This document shows positions 28,841-34,373 of a stretch of 34,373 bases of DNA, one piece after another (position 1 is the stretch's first letter; each line of letters starts with the position of its first letter). Where the stretch lies: assembly GCA_030681145.1 (NCBI GenBank), contig JAUXXK010000347.1, positions 1 to 34,373 of the forward strand, written 5' to 3'. Origin of the DNA: Methanobacteriaceae archaeon. GTDB lineage: Archaea; Methanobacteriota; Methanobacteria; Methanobacteriales; Methanobacteriaceae. A program made the translations under genes and the position numbers. The notes beneath the pieces are model-generated. The model saw only the letters and a list, made by a program, of their open reading frames with translations. It was not told the origin of the DNA and searched no databases.

Positions 28841-30514
28841 TTGAGGGATTTAGAAAAAGTAGTTTATAAATATGCGTTGATTAATGCCATCAAGCATAAA
28901 GGCAATGCTAATGAAGGAGCAGTTGTTGGTTCAATAATGAGTTCTGAACCAGATTTAAGAAGAGAAGCTAAAAATATTGTTCCTCTGGCTAAAAATATCG
29001 TTATTAAAGTTAATTCTATGGAATTAGTGGAACAATCAGCTGAACTTGAAAAATTGGGCGGAAAAATTGAAGAAAAAAAGAAAATTGAAGAAAAAGGATT
29101 GACTCCATTACCAGAACCGCATGAAAATATAGTTTTAAGGTTCGCCCCCAATCCCAGCGGACCCCTTCACATAGGACATGCCAGAGCAGCTGTATTAAAT
29201 CAGGAATATGCTAGAAAATATAATGGAAAATTGGTACTCCGTATTGAAGATACTGATCCGCGAAGAGTCCATATGGATGCGTATGAAATGATTCCTGCAG
29301 ACCTGAAATGGTTAGGTGTGGAATATCAAGAGGTATTTATTCAAAGTGACAGAATCCATATTTATCATGATTATGCTAAGAAACTCATTGAAATGGGTGC
29401 TGCTTACATGTGTACTTGCGATGGTGGGGATTTCAAGAAATTAAAGGATAATTCACAAGCCTGCCCATGCAGAAAATCATCTATTGGGGATAATATCAGA
29501 TTATGGGAACAAATGCCTAAAATGTCAGAAGGAGATGCAGTATTAAGAGTTAAAACTGATATTAACCATAAAAATCCTGCTATAAGAGATTGGGTAGCTA
29601 TGCGAATTGTAGAAGAGGAACATCCTCGCACCGGATTTAAAAACAAGATATATCCTATGATGAATTTTTCAGTAGCTGTAGATGACCATTTGATGGGCAT
29701 AACTCATGTTTTAAGGGGAAAAGATCATCTTGCCAACTCTGAAAAACAAAATTACCTCTACAATCATTTTGGATGGGATATTCCCGTATTTATCCATTAT
29801 GGAAGGCTTAAAATGGATGATGTTGCTTTAAGTACCTCAAAAGCTAGATTGGGAATAGAAGAGGGCAAATACTGGGGATGGGATGACCCTCGTTTAGGAA
29901 CCATACGGGCTATTGCTCGCAGAGGAATCACACCAGAATCGATACACGAATTAATGAATGAGATAGGGGTTAAAATTGCTGATTCCATCATAAGCTGGAA
30001 GAAAGTATATGGTTTAAATCGTAATATTTTAGAGGAGATTGCCAATCGCTATTTCTTCGTACCTAATCCCGAAAATATAAATATTCTTGGAATTCCAGCG
30101 GAGGTTTGCCATACTATTGAAAGGCCATTACATCCTGATTTTTTGGAAAGGGGATATCGTAAAATACCTTTCAATAGTCATGTTTATATCTCCAGGGATG
30201 ATTTAAAATCTGGAAATGTGTTAAGACTCATGGATGCAGCTAATGTTTCTGTTGATAAAGAAGAAATTAAATATCACAGCGATTCCTTGGATGAAGCTCG
30301 TTCTATAAAGGCACAAGTAGTCCAATGGGTTCCGCTCAATGAAAGTATTCTTGCAGAAGTGGTTATGCCTGATGCTACTACTGTTAATGGCTTCTGTGAA
30401 CCAGATTGTGCTAATCTTAAGGTTGGTGATGAGGTTCAACTGGAGAGATTTGGCTTTGTCAGGGTGGATACAACTACTTCAGAAAAGATAAAGTTTTATT
30501 TTACCCATAAATAA
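28841..30514 (+). CDS. gltX: Glutamyl-tRNA synthetase (archaeal type)
   Basis: 557 aa. Class I HIGH motif (PNPSGPLHIGHARAA) and archaeal/eukaryal GluRS layout. TTG start after an AGGTGAT SD. Confidence 0.92.
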   Translation: MRDLEKVVYKYALINAIKHKGNANEGAVVGSIMSSEPDLRREAKNIVPLAKNIVIKVNSMELVEQSAELEKLGGKIEEKKKIEEKGLTPLPEPHENIVLRFAPNPSGPLHIGHARAAVLNQEYARKYNGKLVLRIEDTDPRRVHMDAYEMIPADLKWLGVEYQEVFIQSDRIHIYHDYAKKLIEMGAAYMCTCDGGDFKKLKDNSQACPCRKSSIGDNIRLWEQMPKMSEGDAVLRVKTDINHKNPAIRDWVAMRIVEEEHPRTGFKNKIYPMMNFSVAVDDHLMGITHVLRGKDHLANSEKQNYLYNHFGWDIPVFIHYGRLKMDDVALSTSKARLGIEEGKYWGWDDPRLGTIRAIARRGITPESIHELMNEIGVKIADSIISWKKVYGLNRNILEEIANRYFFVPNPENINILGIPAEVCHTIERPLHPDFLERGYRKIPFNSHVYISRDDLKSGNVLRLMDAANVSVDKEEIKYHSDSLDEARSIKAQVVQWVPLNESILAEVVMPDATTVNGFCEPDCANLKVGDEVQLERFGFVRVDTTTSEKIKFYFTHK

Positions 30515-30611
30515 TTTCCATATAATTAAGAATATATAAATAAAGCTGATTTGAAATCATGAAAATAAATAACGATCTATAAACTAATTAAATAAATAAT
30601 GTAGGGATATT

Positions 30612-31847
30612 ATGCCAGTAAAAATAAATGAAAACTATTTATTGCTCAAAAGCAGTTACATATTTGCTCAAATTAATCAGAAAGTTAATGATTTCCAGGA
30701 AAAAAATCCTGATGCAGAGATTATTAGAATGGGAATTGGTGATGTGACTCGCCCACTTCCAAAAGCTGTAATTGAAGAATTTCACAAAGCAGTGGATGAA
30801 ATGGGATCATCAAAAACGTTCATGGGTTATGGTCCTGAACAAGGATACTCTTTTTTAATAAAAGATATCATAAAAAATGATTTCATACCACGGGGAATAC
30901 AAATTTCCGAAGATGAAGTTTTTATCAGTGATGGAGCAAAATGTGACACAGGAAATATACAAGAAATATTTGGTTTGGAAAATTTAGTGGCAGTGACTGA
31001 CCCAGTTTACCCAGTTTATGTCGAAACAAATGTTATGGCGGGTAGAACAGGATCAATGGGTGAAGATGGAAGGTACGAAAAATTAGCTTACCTTCCTTGT
31101 ACTGCAGAAAATGATTTTGTGCCACAACTACCTGAAGAACCAGTTGATTTAATATATTTATGTTTTCCTAACAACCCTACTGGAACTACCTTAAACAAAG
31201 ATCAGTTGGCTAAATGGGTAAATTATGCTCGAGAAAACAAATCTATAATTCTTTTTGATGCCGCTTATGAATCTTATATTCGGGAAGATGATATTCCTCA
31301 CAGTATATATGAAATAGAAGGCGCAAAAGAGGTGGCCATTGAATTTCATAGTTTCTCTAAAAATGCAGGCTTTACAGGTACTCGATGTGCCTACACTGTT
31401 GTACCAAAAGAACTAATAGCATATGATTCTGAGGGGAATCCTCAACCCATTAATCCTCTATGGAACCGAAGACAAACCACTAAATTTAATGGTGTTTCTT
31501 ATCCTATTCAAAAAGCTGCAGCTGCAGTTTATACTCCAGAAGGACAAAAAGAGATTGGAGAATCTATTGATTACTACATGCAAAATGCCGGTATTATTCG
31601 AGAAAGTTTGATAGAAATGGGATTGAAAGTTTATGGTGGTGTAAACTCCCCTTATATATGGATTAAAACTCCTGAAGGTATTAGTTCATGGGGCTTCTTT
31701 GATCTATTATTAAAAGAGGCTAATGTTGTGGGAACTCCGGGTGTAGGTTTTGGTCCTAGTGGAGAAGGCTACTTCAGAATTACTGCATTCAATACCTTAA
31801 AAAATACAAAAGAAGCAATGGAAAGAATATCTAAACTTTCCATTTAA
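30612..31847 (+). CDS. dapL: LL-diaminopimelate aminotransferase (DapL)
   Basis: 411 aa. N-terminal [21 protein letters not shown]-lysine context [13 protein letters not shown] and NPTG are the DapL-type class I aminotransferase pattern. From memory, it holds the same position as the DapL gene in Methanothermobacter. Confidence 0.85.
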   Translation: MPVKINENYLLLKSSYIFAQINQKVNDFQEKNPDAEIIRMGIGDVTRPLPKAVIEEFHKAVDEMGSSKTFMGYGPEQGYSFLIKDIIKNDFIPRGIQISEDEVFISDGAKCDTGNIQEIFGLENLVAVTDPVYPVYVETNVMAGRTGSMGEDGRYEKLAYLPCTAENDFVPQLPEEPVDLIYLCFPNNPTGTTLNKDQLAKWVNYARENKSIILFDAAYESYIREDDIPHSIYEIEGAKEVAIEFHSFSKNAGFTGTRCAYTVVPKELIAYDSEGNPQPINPLWNRRQTTKFNGVSYPIQKAAAAVYTPEGQKEIGESIDYYMQNAGIIRESLIEMGLKVYGGVNSPYIWIKTPEGISSWGFFDLLLKEANVVGTPGVGFGPSGEGYFRITAFNTLKNTKEAMERISKLSI

Positions 31848-31893
31848 TTAATTTTTATTAGTTTTAATTTAAAATAATATGATATTATTACCT

Positions 31894-32304
31894 TTAACTC
31901 ATTTTACTTTTGTTTGAGGGCTTAACATAAGAACCATCTTTATCATGTACTTCACTACCTACCAGTGGTGGGTTGAAAACACATAATAATTTTAAATCAT
32001 TTTCATAAGCACGAAGATAATGTCTGTCATTTTTATCAAGAGCATACATGATACCATTTTTAATGGGATAAATATTCCCATCATCAGTAGTTTCTATTTC
32101 TCCTTCACCTTCAATACAATATACGGCTTCTAAGTGGTTTTTATACCAAATTAAAGTTTCAGTGTTGGCATAAATTATGGTTTCATGAAAAGAAAATCCC
32201 ATGTTGTCTTCTTCTAGAAGGAAACGTTTACTAACCCAATTATTATTTTTAGCAAAAATTTCACGATCAGACCCTTCAATATCCTTAATATTTCTAACTA
32301 TCAT
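31894..32304 (-). CDS. ectC: L-ectoine synthase (cupin)
   Basis: 136 aa. MIVRNIKDIEGSDREI...WVSKRFLL..DNMGFSFHETIIYA.TET.IWYKNHLEAVYCIEGEGEIE is near-consensus EctC. Confidence 0.93.
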   Translation of the reverse strand: MIVRNIKDIEGSDREIFAKNNNWVSKRFLLEEDNMGFSFHETIIYANTETLIWYKNHLEAVYCIEGEGEIETTDDGNIYPIKNGIMYALDKNDRHYLRAYENDLKLLCVFNPPLVGSEVHDKDGSYVKPSNKSKMS

Positions 32305-33577
32305 TATTTAAATCCCCAATCATAGCTTCACGGGTTTCAAGAACAGATTTTATGGAATCTTCTATTATTTGTAACCCCTCTTGAAGGAGATCATTTTCTA
32401 TGGTTAATGGAGGTAAAAATTTAAGTACATTATCGTTTGCACCAGCTAATTCTATTAAAAGGCCTCTTGAAAATGCTTCTTCAGATACATCACTACAAAA
32501 ACCTCTTAAAGGAATCTTAAGACCATATATAAGTCCTTTACCATACACTTCAGCATATATGTCGGGGTATTTATCTTGAATTTCCAGTAATTTTTCTTTT
32601 AATATTTCTTCTTTATTATAAACACTATTGGAGAGATTATCATTTTCCCAGTAGCTTAAAAGTTCAGTAGATGCAACAAAAGCCAGATTATTTCCTCTAA
32701 AGGTACCAGTATGCTCCCCTGGTTTCCATTGGTCTAATTCGGATTTCATAAGCACTATGGCTAAAGGTAAACCACCTCCTATTGATTTAGAAAGTGTGAT
32801 AATATCTGGATTGATTCCAGAGCTCTCGAAACTAAAAAAAGTTCCGGTCCGGCCGTTTCCTACTTGAATGTCATCTATTATTAGTAATATATCGAAATCT
32901 TTGCATATTTGTTCGATTTCTCTTAGCCATTCATCGCTAGCTACTTTAATACCGCCTTCAGCTTGAACGGTTTCTAAAATTATTGCTGCGGGTAAGTCTA
33001 CGCCACTGCTTTGATCCTCAAGGAATTTCCTGAGATATGGGGCAGTGTTAGTATCCGGACCGAAGTATCCATCAAAAGGCATGAAGCTGACATTACTTCT
33101 ATTAATAAATGCTTCATCTCTGTAAAATGAATTAGCAGTAACTGCCATAGACCCCATGGTCAGCCCATGAAATGCATTGGTAAATGCAATAACATTTGAT
33201 CTACCTTTAACCATTCTTACTAATTTTAAAGCTGTTTCAACTGCATTGGTTCCGGTAGGACCTGAAAATTGCATTTTATATTCCATATGTCGTGGTTGTA
33301 ATATAATATCATGAAATTTTTCGAGAAATTGTTTTTTGGCGGTTGTAGCTTTATCTAGACCGTGAATAATTCCATCATCACTTATATATTTTATAAGGGC
33401 TTCTGAAACCATGGGATTGTTGTGGCCATAGTTCAGTGTCCCGGCACCAGCAAAAAAATCAATATACTCTTTTCCTTGTTCATCCCATAATTTAGAACCC
33501 TTAGCTGTTTTAAATATAGCTGGGAAACTTCTAACATAACTTCGTACTTGTGATTCAAGTTGTTTAAATGTTTTCAT
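32294..33577 (-). CDS. ectB: Diaminobutyrate-2-oxoglutarate transaminase
   Basis: 427 aa. LESQVRSYVRSFPAIF...YIDFFAGAGTLNYGHNNP and class III aminotransferase PLP region (TLSKSIGGGLP). Overlaps the ectC start by 11 nt. Confidence 0.92.
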   Translation of the reverse strand: MKTFKQLESQVRSYVRSFPAIFKTAKGSKLWDEQGKEYIDFFAGAGTLNYGHNNPMVSEALIKYISDDGIIHGLDKATTAKKQFLEKFHDIILQPRHMEYKMQFSGPTGTNAVETALKLVRMVKGRSNVIAFTNAFHGLTMGSMAVTANSFYRDEAFINRSNVSFMPFDGYFGPDTNTAPYLRKFLEDQSSGVDLPAAIILETVQAEGGIKVASDEWLREIEQICKDFDILLIIDDIQVGNGRTGTFFSFESSGINPDIITLSKSIGGGLPLAIVLMKSELDQWKPGEHTGTFRGNNLAFVASTELLSYWENDNLSNSVYNKEEILKEKLLEIQDKYPDIYAEVYGKGLIYGLKIPLRGFCSDVSEEAFSRGLLIELAGANDNVLKFLPPLTIENDLLQEGLQIIEDSIKSVLETREAMIGDLNNDS

Positions 33578-33625
33578 ATAATCACTCTATATCCAAAATG
33601 GAATTTTCATGACTTAAAAAATATT

Positions 33626-34120
33626 TTATTTCTCCAATTTGTTTAAAGGCCCTATTCGAAAAAGCAATTCTTCTTCGTGATTTGATTCACCGAATAGATC
33701 ACTGGTAAAAAATGGAAACTTTTCTAAATTTGTATCCAATTGAGAAGCAATTTTTTTAAATAGTGATTTGGATGCTTGATTAGAGGGGGTAACTGTTGTT
33801 TCAATGAAATTAATTGGTTGAATATCTTCTCTTTTAAGAATATCATTTATCATTTTAGTTGCCAGTCCCTTCCCGCGCATATTGGGACTCACTGCTACTT
33901 GCCATACAAAAAGAGTTTCCTTTTGTTTTGGATTAATGTAAGCAGATATATATCCTACAATTTCATTGTTTAATTCAGTTAAAACACTGGTTTGATCAAA
34001 ATGTGCACATATGATCAAATAACTATATAATGAATTAATATCCAGTGGCTGACATTTTTGAACAAGATGATAAATCAAATTTCCATCTTCAATCTGAGGT
34101 TTTCGAATATTTATTACCAT
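33626..34120 (-). CDS. ectA: L-2,4-diaminobutyrate acetyltransferase (GNAT)
   Basis: 164 aa. IRKPQIEDG..IY.LV..C.PLD.NS.Y.YLI.C.HF..TS, LFVWQVAVSP.MRGKGLA, ETTVTPSNQAS..LF and LFRIGP match the EctA family. Confidence 0.9.
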   Translation of the reverse strand: MVINIRKPQIEDGNLIYHLVQKCQPLDINSLYSYLIICAHFDQTSVLTELNNEIVGYISAYINPKQKETLFVWQVAVSPNMRGKGLATKMINDILKREDIQPINFIETTVTPSNQASKSLFKKIASQLDTNLEKFPFFTSDLFGESNHEEELLFRIGPLNKLEK

Positions 34121-34373
34121 ATTTTCATCATTTTAGTCTTATATACTAATTTATTTTTTAATCCTTTAAAAAGTATTCGCTTAAAATAAACTTTATTCGT
34201 GCTCTAAAATAGATTTAAGTCTTAAATTATCTATTTATATTTGGTTCCTGTTTTTAATTTATATTATTAATAATTTCTAATCATGTATTCACATTTTTTT
34301 AATTGCTGTTTGTTTTTTATTTTAAAAATTTTATAAAAAATAAAAAAAAATTATTTGAAATTTTTGAAATCAA

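Noticed and set aside
33776-33973. 65-aa plus-strand ORF inside ectA, and the 62-aa ORF at 31423-31611 inside dapL
   Set aside because: The first is antisense to a well-supported gene and the second is an alternative-frame read within one. Neither has an SD or recognisable motifs.

Overview
This window is an archaeal core-genome segment. By gene order, SD usage and very AT-rich spacers it most likely comes from a Methanobacteriales methanogen, probably a Methanobacterium-like genome. That assignment is an inference: the order matches what I remember of the Methanothermobacter MTH1-MTH52 region.

Plus strand, 31-31847, an almost uninterrupted conserved block:
- The distal S10/spc/alpha-type ribosomal protein operons (uS19 to uL15), with aSUI1 and RNase P Rpp29 embedded.
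- secY, adkA, a DUF106 (YidC/EMC3-like) protein, eL34, cmk, eL14 and cbf5.
- tRNA-Ser(GGA), then uS13-uS4-uS11-rpoD-eL18-uL13-uS9-rpoN.
- A split tRNA-Pro gene, then rpoK, enolase, uS2 and a MEMO-family protein.
- An isoprenoid block (mevalonate kinase, isopentenyl-phosphate kinase, type-2 IDI, RNase J, GGPP synthase), then GluRS and LL-DAP aminotransferase.

Three small genes missing from the ORF track were recovered by reading the sequence: uS14, rpoN and rpoK.

Minus strand, 31894-34120: a compact ectABC ectoine-biosynthesis operon. It is the only clearly accessory, probably horizontally acquired element in the window.

I found no CRISPR array, transposon, integrase, defence system or toxin-antitoxin module, and I cannot support a claim of a wholly new system.

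Items most worth a second look:
1. ectABC in a methanogen.
2. The tRNA-Pro(GGG) gene, with two introns. Two mutually exclusive, textbook bulge-helix-bulge motifs leave the anticodon on a 5-nt micro-exon and predict C33.
3. A 409-bp non-coding AT-rich spacer that interrupts the spc operon.
4. The conserved but functionally orphan MEMO-like gene, and RNase J, embedded in the lipid-precursor cluster.
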